Part shown: piece by piece, positions 1-25,099 of the stretch | Layout: every line of letters starts with the position of its first letter | How positions within the stretch are numbered: position 1 is the first letter of the stretch | From: the human T2T-CHM13v2.0 reference genome, Homo sapiens | DNA: 64,000 nucleotides | Assembly (NCBI RefSeq): GCF_009914755.1 | Contig: NC_060946.1 | Reading direction: 5' to 3' (one strand) | The notes under the pieces: model-generated | Told to the model about the DNA's origin: nothing | The model's input: only the letters and a program-made list of their open reading frames with translations | The model's database searches: none | Position numbers and translations under genes: made by a program

Positions 1-129
1 TCCAGGTGGGAAGAATTAGTGGATTAACTGAATCTAGAACTCAGTAAACAGGTCAGGGATATAGATACATATACACGTATCACATGTGAATACCTTTCCT
101 ATTTGGAGGAAATTCTAAGACGGGGAAAG

Positions 130-590
130 GCAGTCACCTTTTCCCACTACAGGAACTGACAGTAACAGAAATTCCCTCTCTCTGTTCCCTGGCATCTAGT
201 TCACAAATATATAACCCAAGTCAATCAGATCCTCCTATGTAGATCTTTGAATATTGAAAGAATAACACAAAGGTGGAAAATATAATCAGAAATTATTCAT
301 GGCACTGTGGCAAGTGCCTACTGGTGGCAGTGCCAGTAGTAACAGATGTTCATGGGAGACCAGGCCAGCAGCAGTGGCAGAGAAGGTCCAGCAAGCAGTG
401 CTAGAGAGAGTCCTCAGCCAACTGATCCCATTACATGGTCTTTACTATGTCTTGCCTCACTCAGTTTCTGCTCATTTTCTGAACTGTGTTATCCAGCCTT
501 CCTTTTAAGGCTGTGCACTATCCAATACTTTTCCAATATATTTATTTTATGCTTAGGTGAACCAAGATTATGTGAAAAATCCTGAGTAGT
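130..590. mobile_element. Old MLT1-family LTR fragment
   Basis: Weak resemblance (atccagccttcc...ccaatactttt...tttatgcttag); heavily diverged. Confidence 0.4.
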
Positions 591-1909
591 ACAGAACGAG
601 GAGGGAACATAGAACAGGTGAGATGAGGCCTAGAATGGGCCCACTATATAGGGTGACTAGTAGGTCACTATGAAATTAGTTCATATGTGTCATCTCCTTC
701 CATCCTTACGGTCCCTTGTGAGGAAAATAAGGCCAAGTACCATATCTTTATTTTAGGATAAATAAACTGAGGCTAAAAGAGATTAAGATCATACAGTTCT
801 TTTTGCTATCCAAGAGTGTCCTCAAAAAAGTTGTTTTACAGGTGCTCATCAAAAGGAGATGTTAAATGAGCAATACTAATTCTTACAGCAAATGTCAATG
901 GACACAGATGATAACCACACATGGGTCCCAATGCTGGTCTTCCAGCTTCTTCAATTTTGGTAATATAAAGAAGATCCTAACAGAAGCATTAAATTCCTTA
1001 TAGACAATCACCTAGAAACATACCTAATGAGGATCCTTGCCATCATCCTTCCACTCAGGGTACCTTGGTTACTACTGAAAGAATACATCATAAGCTAAAG
1101 GGATTCCTCAAGTGGAAGAAAGGATCATCTATCCCTAACCATGAGAACCACTGTGGGAATGAGAGGTTGAGAGCTTTCGAAAGATGATTATTTCTCAACT
1201 TCATTCCTTTGGGATATGTCACAGCCAGTAAGGGAGAAATTGGAAAAAGCAGCTTTCACAAGCTGCCAAATCCATGTCCTAGTCCCAAGGGATAATTAGC
1301 CAGTGAGGTTTTGTGGAGCTGATGTAATGTTGGCAGAGGCTAATGTTTTATGGTTGAACATGTAGCCTCTTGAGTTTTAGCTACAGGGCTAAAAGGATGA
1401 CATCCTGAAAAGCTAAGAAATTCATACCCATAACACCACCACTTCGCAATGTGCATCTTAAAAGTAATTTGTAAACTTTAACTGATCCATCTTTATCATG
1501 ATTAGTTATGAACATTTGTTAAACTATAAATTCTCTAAATTTTATTTTATGTAACTATTTTGCTATGAAAAGAAATTTCTAGGTAACACAGACAATTTAG
1601 AAAGCTTAAAGTAACAAAATAATTAGAAGAAAGGAAAGTTTTACAAGGAGTGAGTCTGTTTGTGGCACTTTCATCCCACTACCACCACACCAAGTTTAAA
1701 GCCATCTGATGAGCTTATGAAAACAATTTTTGAAACTGAGTAGTCTAAGCCAAAAGTGTTCAGGAGTACCAAATCTCTCACAAAAAGTGTCAATCTTAGA
1801 AACCTTAGAAGTATTCTGAGATGCAGGAGGTAAGAATTAACGGACAAGAAGCAGAAATATTAAAACACTAACACTCTTGGTTTGAGTTTGAGCTGTTAAA
1901 CTTCTTGCA

Positions 1910-5922
<4,013 letters not shown>

Positions 5923-6206
5923 TAAAAAGTCAGGTAGGCTAAGTACTGGGAGAATGGAGCAAAGGAACCTCGACAAGTTAGAACAGCCTATCAACAGCTA
6001 ACATACAGGGTCCGAAAAAGGGCTTGAAGTTCACATGAAAGGCAATATAGTATAGTGGTAAAGAGCACAGATTCTTAACCCAGGCCAGCTGGGTACAATC
6101 TTAGCCGTAAAATGGGATAAGAGCACCCATCTCACATAGTTGTTGCAAAGAATAAGAGTTAATATACGTAAGGAGCTTGGTACACGGTCTGCCACACTGC
6201 AATGTT

Positions 6207-7436
6207 GTGATTTATAATAAATATATATTTGGTCTTTGTCTTCACTCCTGGCACCGAGGTCCTAAAATTGGACCTTGAAATTTCCTAAGAATAACAAAGG
6301 TAAAAGGAGTCGTCTTTTGTTATTCATAACAGGTCCCTTTCAACCAAACCTGAGTTTATGTTAATGAGCTGACTTTGGAAAGCCCTTATGGATGAGGGCT
6401 GGCTGCCAGGGAAAACAATCATGTGTTAGAGGATTAGAACTTGCAGCCCCACCATACTCTGACTTCTGGGGATGCAAGAGGGGCTGGAGATTGACCTACT
6501 CATCAATGGCCAATGATGTCATTAATCATGCCTACATGATGAAGACTCCATAGAAACCAAAAAGGACAGGGTTTGGAGAGCTTCCAGACTGATAAACCCA
6601 GATGGTGCTCTGGGGGTCGTATGCCCAGAGAAGGCATGGGAGCATCACATAACCCCCTCATAGCTCACCCTATGCTTCTCTCCCATTTGGCTGTTCCTGA
6701 GTTTTATCCTTTATAATAAATTGACAAATTTAAGTAAAGGGCCTTCATAAGTTCTGTGAGTCGTTCTAGCAAATGATCCAACCTGAGGAGAGGCTTGTGG
6801 AAACCTCTGATTTGTAGCCAACTCAGACAGAAGTTGTGGATAACCTGAGGACCCACCACTATCGATCGGCATCTGAAGTTCAGGGAAATCTTGTGGGCCT
6901 GAGCCCTTAACCTGTGGGGGTCTGCACTAACTCCAGGGAATTAATGTCATAATTGAGTTAAATTGTAGAATATCCAGTTGGTGACCAGATGGTTGGAGAA
7001 TTGGTTGTTGGTGAGGGAAAAAAAAAAACAAAACCTACACATCTGATGTCATCAGAGGTGGAGTGTTGAAAGGAGTAGTAGAGTACAGAAAAAAACAAAA
7101 CAGGCCAGGCACGGTGGCTCACGCCTGTAATGCCAGCACTTTGGGAGGCCGAGGTGGGCGGATCACAAAGTCAGAAGATCGAGATCATCCTGGCTAACAA
7201 GGTGAAACCCCGTCTCTACTAAAAATACAAAAAAAATTAGCTGGGTGTGGTGGCGGGCACCTGTAGTCCCGGCTTCTCAGGAAGCTGAGGAAGGAGAATG
7301 GCGTGAACCCAGGATGCGTAGGTTGCAGTGAGCCAAGATCATGCCACTGCACTCCAGCCTGGGCGACAGAGTGAGACTCTGTCTCCAAAAAAAAAAAAAA
7401 AAAAAAAAAAAACCAGTGTCTGTCTTTCCTCTTCAT
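6207..7436. mobile_element. MER21-family LTR inserted in a MIR (6043-6206, resumes ~7437-7470)
   Basis: tgtgatttataataaatatatatttggtctttgtc...cctggcac start typical of MER21; MIR sequence on both sides. Confidence 0.7.
7103..7412 (+). mobile_element. AluY-like element nested in MER21
   Basis: gatcgagatcatcctggctaaca and ggagaatggcgtgaaccc diagnostics; poly-A tail. Confidence 0.85.
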
Positions 7437-8529
7437 GCACTGTAAACTCTAAGTGTTAGCTATTATCATTTTAAATATATTTATTTTTGCTGGAATTCTT
7501 ACAAAATCCACTTAGAATTCGATATTCTAGACATATGTCTCTTTTATGTTTTCGTGATTTTTGTTTTGGAGGCTTTTGGTGGTGGTGGTGGTGGTTTTGT
7601 TTTTGGGGTTTTTTTTTTTTGAAGCAGGGTCTCACTCTGTTGCCCAAGCCAGAGTGTAGTGGCAGGATCTTGGCTCACCGCAACCTCTGCCTCCCGGTCT
7701 CAAGGGATGCTCCTGCATGATCTCTTTTAATAAAGTTAGTCTAATCTGTGCTTAAGGGAAACAATAAAAAAGATGTGTCCACCTGTGAGGCAGAATTTTA
7801 AATGGAAAACTACCCCTGAGTTTAGGCTTGGTGGGACCCGAAAAATGAGTGAGGATGGGTACATGGCGTAGAAGGAAATTTGAGGATAAAACTCAGGGCC
7901 ACCTATAGAGATGGTCCTTCTCACTTAGAGACTACCCTCTAGAACTCTTCTCAAACCTTGGAGGGTTTTGTGTAATATTTCATTTAGTCAGCTCACTTCT
8001 TGGAAAGAGATCAGGGTTGAGAGATGAAGGCGATGTTGTTTTAGCGTTACCTACCAGTGCTGCCCTCTCTTCTCATGCTTGCTTACTTCCTTCAGGAGTC
8101 ATTTTAACTCCAACCTCCTTGTGTCCAAACTGGCTCAAAGCACTCCAAAGTGGAGGTGAAAGGCAATCACGCTGATTTGTTATACCCAATTTGAGACATT
8201 TTTCTGTTGTACATAAAAGCAAAAAAGAAATAAAAGCAATAGAATGTTCCATAAACTTAAAAAAAATGTTATAACAATCACACCCACTCATGGGTTCTGA
8301 AAAGCACAATAATGGAGTCAGGCTAGTACAAACGCCTAAGAGCAAAGTCTGAGTGAAAGTGATCAATCTAGTTTCACTTTGGAAACTGGATAGAAACTAG
8401 CAACGGAAGTCAGACTCTATGAGGTAATTTTTGCAATAGTTGTTGGCCTTATAATTAATAAGAGATAAGATAATTTTAACCTAAAGGTCATTTTAAGCTT
8501 ACAACAACTAGAGATAATTTTATTATAAG

Positions 8530-10080
<1,551 letters not shown>

Positions 10081-10082
10081 GA

Positions 10083-14100
<4,018 letters not shown>

Positions 14101-14374
14101 ATTATAAAAATATAAAAAACCAAAACTACAATGTACACTTATGAAAGAACAACAGTAAGAAAGGGAAATTACATTTTAGTATAAATACATAAAATTTTGA
14201 TTCATACCCACTGAAAATGTTTCAAGGACACCTAGGGGTCCTCAGACCACACTTTGAAAACAATGCTCTATACTGTAGTGCCTCTTCAGTTAGGGCACGC
14301 TATACAAATATTTACAAGGCATGGTCTCAGGAACATACTTAACCTAAAAAATATCCTAATGATTTTGCTAAATC

Positions 14375-15250
14375 ACCCATTCAACAATTATTAAGTGCTT
14401 ACAATACACGAAGTATTCTTATACACAAGGCAGAGAATCAAAGAGGAAAAAAAAAATCCTCCTTGTGGCACTTACATTCTACGAAGAGACAGCCACAACC
14501 AATAAACAAATGAACTATCTATTCTGCAAATAAGTGGTATGAAGGAAAATAAAAGCAAGGTTTTACAAAATAGGATGGTCAGGGAGTGCGCCTAACTAAA
14601 AAAGTAACTTTTTTTTTTTTTTAAGAGACATGGTCTTGCTCTGTCACCCAGGCTGGAGTGCAGTGGCACAGTCATAGCTCACTGCCACCTCAAATTCTTG
14701 GGCTCAACTGATCCTCCCCACTCAGCCTCCTGTGTAGCTGGTACTACAAGCACATGCCATCATGCCTGGCTAATTTGTTGTTGTTGTTGTTGTTGTTGCT
14801 GTTTCACAGAGACAGCATCTCACCATGATGCCCGACTAGCCTTGAACTCCTGGCTTCAAGTGATCCTCCCCATTCGGCCTCCCAAAGCGCTGGGATTATA
14901 GGTGTGAGCCACCATAACAGGCCCAAAAGTAACATCTGATCAAAAATCTCAAGGTGATGCGGGAACAAGCCATGAGGCTACTCAGGGAAACGTGCTCTAA
15001 ATAGAAGGAATAACAAGTACAAAAGCCCTGATATGCGAGCTAAGGTGCTCAGGGACAACAAACAAAGCCAATATGGTTGGGGTAAAACAAGCAAGGGAGA
15101 GAAGAGAAGCAGATAAAATAAGAGTTACAAAGCAGTTCATGTGGGACTTTGTAGACGAGTATAAGGACTGTGGCTTTTTCAGTGAATGAGAATAACTGGC
15201 AGGTTCTGAGCAAGGAGGGATATGACCTGATTAATTTTAAATGGATAATG
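14375..15250 (-). mobile_element. L2 fragment, interrupted by AluJ (14608-14923)
   Basis: cattcaacaattattaagtgcttac start (reverse of L2 3' end), followed by typical L2 body. Confidence 0.6.
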
Positions 15251-15722
15251 TAATCGTGTTTAAACTCAAAAAGCTGAATTAAACACCTGTTCCATCTCTT
15301 ACTGTGTGTCCTTAAGCTTTTGAACCTCAGTTTCCTCTGTAAATTGTGAAGATACAGACACTGCAAAAAGTTGTTGTGAAAATCAAACAATATACCTAAG
15401 GCTAAGGGGATTATGAGCAGTGGCTCACACCTGTAATCCTAATACCTTGGGAGGCAGAGGTGGGAGGACTGCTTGAGCTCAGGAGTTTGAGACCAGCTTG
15501 GGCAACACACCAAGATCTCATTCCCACAAAAAATAAAAAACTTATTGGGGCAGGGGAGGAGAAAAAAAATACTGGGGTGCAGCGGTACACGCCTGTGGTC
15601 CAGCTACTCGGGAGGCTGAGATGGGAGGATTGCTTGAGCCAGGAAGGTTGAGTCTGCAGTGAACCATGATCACACTACTGCACTCTAGCCTAGATGACAG
15701 AGCAAGACCTCGCCTCAAAGAT

Positions 15723-15748
15723 ACACACACACACACACACACACACAC
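15723..15748 (+). repeat. (CA)n microsatellite
   Basis: Direct reading. Confidence 0.95.
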
Positions 15749-16125
15749 AAATACTTTTAAATTATGACTATAAAAATTTCACTACTGAGTTTGTTTGCAC
15801 TATGTAGTTGTCACATAGTCCTCTTTTCTAGGCCCTCTATACTCACCATACTGCCACCATCAGCCATTTATGCGACTTTGCCATGAGATTAATGCCCCAG
15901 ACCTCTGATACCATGAGCTCAGCCTGATACTGCCCTTTAGCTTGACGAGTGCAAGGCAAAGAAAGTGGAGTTTTTTTTTTTTGTCATTGATGGCAGAGTG
16001 GTTTTTTAGCATTATTTTCCTTGTCGTTATAAAGAAAATCTTTTTAAAAAATAATGCATGTGGGCCAGGCGCAGTGGCTCACGTCTGTAATCCCAGCACT
16101 TTGGGAGGCTGAGGTGGGCAGATCA

Positions 16126-16374
<249 letters not shown>

Positions 16375-17376
16375 TCATAAAAGTGAAGTTCCAAAAAAAC
16401 AAGACTTTATGAGTCTCGTCTTTATTTAATTTGGCACTGTTTTAATAAAGCTAAAACTGTAGTTCTTGGTCTTGACAGCTTGCCTCATCCAAAAAGAAAC
16501 AAAAAGGAGGAAAAAAAAAGATGCAGACTGACAAATGAATTCAAATTTCTTTGATCCGCGTCCTAACTCTAAGGGGACTTCAGATAAATCAATGAGTCAC
16601 AGAAGGGGCAGGAAGATGTAAGCCAGAATACTGATGACAACAGCTGTCTGTCTACCTACCTGTCTTCTGAGATCATCATTAAAGTATGAGATCACCAAGA
16701 CCAGGGAATACAGAGTAAGATAAGATGGAGGCCCACTGGAGAATTATGAGGCCTGTCGCATTCTGACTCCACTTCCCAGCGGGTGGAAGGTGAATACCCA
16801 GGCACTGGTTTTTATCTCCACCTCCTAAGATGTGAGTCATTCTGAGTAGTGACAGAATCCTGCAATGGAAAAGCCCAAAGAAAACCAAGATCTTTGGGAA
16901 AAATTATAAACAATCTCATTTATTAGAGGCCTCTGATGGTTTCTTTGAAATGGGTAAATTTCCTCATCTTAAAGTGGAGGGCAAGAATTTTCTACCTAAG
17001 GTTTCTCTCAAACTCTAAAATCCCTTAAATATAAAACTAAGTGGCCAGGCGTGGTGGCTCACACCTGTAATCCCAGCACTTTTGGAGGCAGAGGCGGGCG
17101 GATCACCTGAGGTCAGGAATTCGAGACCAGCCTGACCAACATGGAGAAACCCCGTCTCTACTAAAAATACAAAATCAGCAGGGCATGGTGGTACATGCCT
17201 GTAATCCCAGCTACTCAGGAGGCTGAGGCAGGAGAATCGCTTGAACTCGGGAGGTGGAGGCTGCGGTGAGCCGAGATCGTGCTATTGCACTCCAGACTGG
17301 GCAATAAGAGTGAAACTCTGCTTCAAAAAAAAAAAAAAAAAAGTATGTTTTTTTAAAGGCTACATTAATATTTAGA

Positions 17377-17560
17377 GCAAGCTTGCCCATCCTGCAGCCT
17401 AGGATGGCTTGAATGTGGCCCAACACAAATTTGTAAACTTTCTTAAAACATTATGAGATTCTTTTTTTTTGCAATTTTTTAAAAGCTCATCAGCTATCGT
17501 TAGTGTTAATGTATTCCAAGACAATTCTTCTTCTTCCATTGTAGCCCTTGCCAAAAGATT
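17377..17560 (-). mobile_element. MER30 (hAT-Charlie MITE), partial
   Basis: caagcttgcc...gcccaacacaaatttgtaaactttcttaaaacattatgagatt...agctcatcagctatcgttagtg matches the recalled MER30 reverse complement. Confidence 0.8.
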
Positions 17561-17855
17561 TAGAGCATTAAGAGATCCAAAAAGTAGGTATTGCTAGTGC
17601 AATCTGGAGTTTTTCGTCAGTTCTACAGACCTGTGAGTGATGTGAACCCAAATGGGGCACCTTCCTTAAAGAATTAACATACTATCAAAAAGGGAAAAAC
17701 TTATATGTCCACAATCTGCCCTATGATACTTCCTTTTAACCTCATTTTTATTAATTGCCACTCCCCTCTTGACCCATACTATTCTAAAACATACAGTGCA
17801 GAAACAAACTGTAATGATTAGGGAAATAGAAGTTAAAAAAATGCAGGAATTTTAA

Positions 17856-18212
<357 letters not shown>

Positions 18213-18844
18213 TAACATGTATGTGGTATAAAACCAAAAAGATTTTAAAGTACACAGTTTAAAAGCATTTTCTGAAGGATAAATCAAACAGAACACTTAG
18301 AAAACTTGAGTGTATAGGTTGTGCTGTATTTCTTAGGCTGGTTAGTAGGTGTGCATTAATCAAATCTTATAATACTTTATATATTCTTTGGCATTTATGG
18401 AGTACTCTAATAATCATAACAACAAAAAGTCTCTTCCACCCCAGTCCCCCAGTTCTCTATTCCCCTTTATTGAGGCAGCCAGGGTTACCAGCTTCTGTGG
18501 TCCTTCCAGAGACATCCTGTGCATGGACAAATGTGTGGGTGTGCATACATACATGCACAAGACAGAGAGAGAAAAAACAAAGTGACTCCCTAACTATGCC
18601 TCATTAAGATCAGATTTATGTCGTGGGACCAAAGCATACCTAAGGAACTGTCTCAACTGTTTTCTCTACAAGTGAATTCTGTCCTGCTGTTGTTATAACT
18701 AAGAGGACTGCACTAGATGGATACACCTTAGGGCCTGTCTAGTCAAAGCCTTACACATTAGCTGTCAAGAGCCAAGTCCTAGCATTTCTCCATTCTAAAA
18801 CACACCAGAGTCAGTACCATGCCCCAATATTCCCTAAGACTTAG

Positions 18845-19141
<297 letters not shown>

Positions 19142-22100
19142 TAAAGTGCTGGGATTACAGGCGTGCGCCACCGCGCCCGGCCCCATAATGTCCATCTTAG
19201 ATCATTAATTATCTAAACAAAATGATTCAGATATGTTTCCATAGTAGTGAGAAAAGCTCTAACTGTGGTTTGATTAGAACACTTAGATTCAGCAATAAAC
19301 ATCACAGGCAGACATGACATACTGCACATTCTGAGATGCAGAAGAATTCCAACTTTGAAAGCTATTTTTCAACAACATCTGCTTTGGACAAGGATTGGCT
19401 AAAATACAGGATGGTGGGTAGAAGATTCATTTCTTAATATAAGAACAGATCTCAAAATACTTCGATAAAATCTTGATTTAAAAGCTTATACTTATCAGGG
19501 AAAGTATGACAATCCAAATTTCATCACTCTCATTCATTCAAAAATACTAAGTACCATGTGCCAGTATCAGAAGCCAATATATAGATTAATATATTGCCCT
19601 TGAGAAGCTAATAATCTAATTAGGAAGACATATACATCTGGCTGGTTCCAAAGGACCAGTAAGAGACCACCAGCAGTGAGGAGGATGAAAGTTTTATTTT
19701 TTGAGACAGAATCTTGTTCTGTCGCCCCAGTTGGAGTAGAATGGCATGATCATAGCTTGTTGCAGCCTCGACCTCCTGGGCTCAATCGATCCTCCCACCT
19801 CAGCTTCCCAAGTAGCTCTGACTACAGGTGGGCACCATCATACCTGGCTTTTTTTTTTTTTTTTTTTTTTTAATTTTTTGTAGAGATGGGTCTTGAACTC
19901 TTGGGCTTAAGCGATCCTCCTGCCTCAGCCTCCTGAAGTGTTGGGATTACAGGTGTGAGCCACCATGCCAGGCCTGAAAGTTTGTATATAACATACATGA
20001 ACATGTCTCACCAAAACCCCCAAGCTCCAAATATTCAAATGAAAATTGTTCATAAATATAAAACATACCCTGGAACTTTGCTATCATATTCAATATCCTG
20101 AAGTTTTATTTAGGGTAAAACTTTCCATCCTGAATTCTGTCAACAAGGTTTAGTTACTTTAAAACTCTCATTAAATAGCAGTCTCACCTATAAAGCATAT
20201 ATTCATATAGGTTAAAATATTCTATTGCTAGAAAACCTATGGCTCATGTTTATCTACTGATAAAGCCCAAAAGTCTTGACTTTTCAGAGAATGGCTTTTA
20301 GTTCACTGAGGCTTCATAACAGATGCTTTTTCATTTCCTATCATAAAGAGAGACAGTATTTTACTATACAGCTGTCATATTACTGTTACAATCCAGCTAA
20401 TGGCTACAGCACTTCAGAACAAAACAGTAGCAATTTTACAAAACCAACACATTGTTAATGTTTTTGATCATATAGGAGACAGGTACTGGAGATATCAGTT
20501 TGCTATTACCCTTTCTATATCCAGAGTCTCTCCACTTTTACGAACATAAACAAAAGAAAGAAGTCCACATACACGCTACAGCAGACCCTTCATTCTACCT
20601 GCATCCAACACTCTTGTCAATTTCATTTCACCTACTATCATCCTTTGAAAGTTTTATGAAGTAGCTGGTCCAACAGATGGGTGGCTAGCCCTGCCCAACA
20701 CATGACGAAGGAAAAACAGCTCTTAGCAAGCAAGACAAGAAAATATTAAGTATGTCCCTTTCCCTCTCAAGGCTGAGAACACTGAGACTACCTGAGAAGA
20801 AAGCAAACAATCTTTTAACCTTTATAAAGAAAAGTTACTGGACTGAGATGATCTGTAAGTAACAAGGTGATTTTAAAAAGGGAGAGAGTTCAAATGCTAA
20901 AATCTACCCCTCAAGATAAAACAGGCACTTGCCCACACATAGCAGAGAACTGGAATAGACAGGAAAAATAAATAAATCCAAATTAGTTTAACTGGGAGCT
21001 TTTTCATCAAAGACAGATGGGAAACATTCAGATAAGCACACTATCTTGTTTAGAACACAAAGCTCAATAGATCTGTAGGAGGAAAAGGAAAGGCAACCTG
21101 AAACACATAGCCTATATGCATAAAAAATGACTCATTATGGTCATATTAGTAAAACCAGAAAGAACAAAATGGTAGTGGTATCTGTCTTCTTTGCCCCTTC
21201 CCTGATCATAAGCTTTATTAACCAGATAGCATCTGATCCTGTCTTCAACTGATGTATATCTGTCTTTCAACATACTACCTAAAATGCTCCCCAAGGAAAA
21301 CAGTGAGACCAATTCTGCCAGAGACAGTATCTGCCAGAACCAAGAAGTCTTATTTTCCTTTGAGTGAAAGCCAGTGGATGGGGAAGAGGTCCCCAAATGC
21401 CACTTGTCTGAATCTTTTAAGATATGCTCTGAAACAAGAAAACACTACAGATTACATTTTAGTAGAGATCTAAAAATAGCAAAAGAACATTCCCTATTTT
21501 TAGATATCTGACTTCCAAGTGTAAAAACACTAAAAGTAAAAGAAACCACTGAAAACTAACTATATTTTTAAAAGGGTTTTAAAAACTCTGAATTGGAAAA
21601 CTGTTTTTAGAGATAAAATTTCAAAAATCCTCCCCTGTGTTGACTGACTCTTTGCTCAAACTTACCCATCTCCAAAATTTAGTCCTAATCCTATGTGTTA
21701 TTAAGGGCATTTCCACAGAACCAAAAGATGGTACAGAAAGGTTATACCACAAACAAGAAAGAACAGCTAAGAAAAAAAATTTAAAGATGCTTTCATAAAA
21801 ACATAGAGTCTAGACTAGTGATTAAAGACAACAATGTATAAAACAGCAAAGCAATTTAATTGTCTTTCATTTAAAACAGTGCCACAGACAATACAACACT
21901 TGATTAAAGAAGACAAAGAGTTTTTTTTCTCAAACAGGTCTCCGCAACTGAATAATCTTAAAACCAGTAACCATCTAATTCAAAGCTGTCAGAATAACTA
22001 GAATTTGCAATGAGAGAAAAATTAATAAAAAACTGAAAATGCAGTACATTTCTTCCTCCCCATTTCTGTCCACTCCTAGTACAAATATGACCCATTTTTT

Positions 22101-22175
22101 TTAAAGAAGCCTGTGGCAAATAAGATTTGTAGGAAATTATTAGCAAGTTAGGAAATTAGGATTTATGTGAATTAC

Positions 22176-22221
22176 CTGACTGTACTGCCATCATTAACAT
22201 CTCAGGTTCCAGTAGAGTCAT
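22176..22221 (-). CDS. MRTFA: Alternative first coding exon of short isoform MKL1_S/BSAC-type: MTLLEPEMLMMAVQS + 1 nt
   Basis: Minus strand reads ATG ACT CTA CTG GAA CCT GAG ATG TTA ATG ATG GCA GTA CAG TCA G|gtaatt. The 46 nt give phase 1, the same as the 42064 donor, so both can splice to the same downstream exon. Peptide matches the recalled MKL1_S N-terminus. Confidence 0.93.
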
Positions 22222-22560
22222 GACGGATTCTTCCAGAAACAAAAATCCACAAATATAATGAAGAAAGTCAAAGTCACAGGAGAAAAGCTGTCTTGAAAGC
22301 TTTCACAAATTCAATCTGATGCCTTATGCTCAAATCAGACTGTGAGAATATCCCCTTCTCAGTGCAGTTACCAATTTATCCACCCTTCAGGCGAGTCAAG
22401 ATGACACAGATTTGAATTACTGCCGACAGGAAACCAAAAAGCTCTCCAGTTAAGACATACTAAGTGTGGTTAGAACAGTGAGCAAGCTCCTCCCCTTGCT
22501 ATTCGTCTCTGGGGGAGGGGAGAGACATATATAAAGAGACTTTCAGAAAACAGATCAACT
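22222..22560 (-). promoter_or_regulatory. MRTFA: Putative 5'UTR/core promoter of MKL1_S
   Basis: Lies in a ~3-kb repeat-free island. TATA-like element at 22526-22536 reads TATATATG on minus and TATATAAAG on plus. The TSS cannot be determined from sequence. Confidence 0.5.
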
Positions 22561-23043
22561 GCTTTTTTCCTCTCAAGAAGAGAAGATGAGGTTTTGTTCA
22601 AAATCCCACTATAAGAGACTGCTGTTAATGCAGTTTAGTGGAACAGATTAAACACAATCCAAACAACTCAAGCTCATGAAAGAAGCAGTCCAATTACTGA
22701 CCCATTGATGAGAGGTGGGGAAGAAGATTAAACACATATAAACACATATATACAAAATGTAAGCTCCATAAATTTTCTGAAAAAGAATTCCAATGGCTTT
22801 TTTATATGTGGTATTTATAGATAACAGGCTAAGGAAGTTGAACATTTAACTACAGAAGCTCAACTATTTCTCCACCCCCACTCCAATTAAAATATCTGTT
22901 TCAAAAAGTCATCTGAATACATTCCAGAGCTGTAATCTGTCTTTCAGATCTGTCAGTCCCCTAAAAGAGCCTCTTACTTGTGCCTATATTAGACATACGG
23001 TCTGTGAATAGACAGTATACTGATGTTATTTGATTTCATTTAC

Positions 23044-24334
<1,291 letters not shown>

Positions 24335-24629
24335 TAAGATTCCTGCACAGAAGATGGTAGGAAGGGCAGAGGGCTGGCTGTCTCCCTCCTGCCAAAACTG
24401 TTCGCCATAGAAGAGAGCATGTAATGCCACAGTGTCAATACTCCAGCACCACAGGAGATATTGAGAGTCATGTGATAGGAATAACAAATAAACATAACAT
24501 CTCAGTTGATTTGACTTTTTCTTAGCAATTCCACACCCACTATCTCACTGGCACTTTGAGGTAAAAAGACCTAAATAAAAGAAAAACAATTTTTTAAACA
24601 GTAATCTTTAAAAAATTAAACAAGAAGCA

Positions 24630-25058
<429 letters not shown>

Positions 25059-25099
25059 CCGCCTGCCTTGGCCTCCCAAAGTGCCGAGATTGCAGCCTC

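Noticed and set aside
501-510. Perfect CArG CCTTTTAAGG (also CCATTTAAGG at 38535-38544)
   Set aside because: Several are expected by chance in 64 kb of AT-rich DNA; both lie in or at repeats with no supporting motifs.
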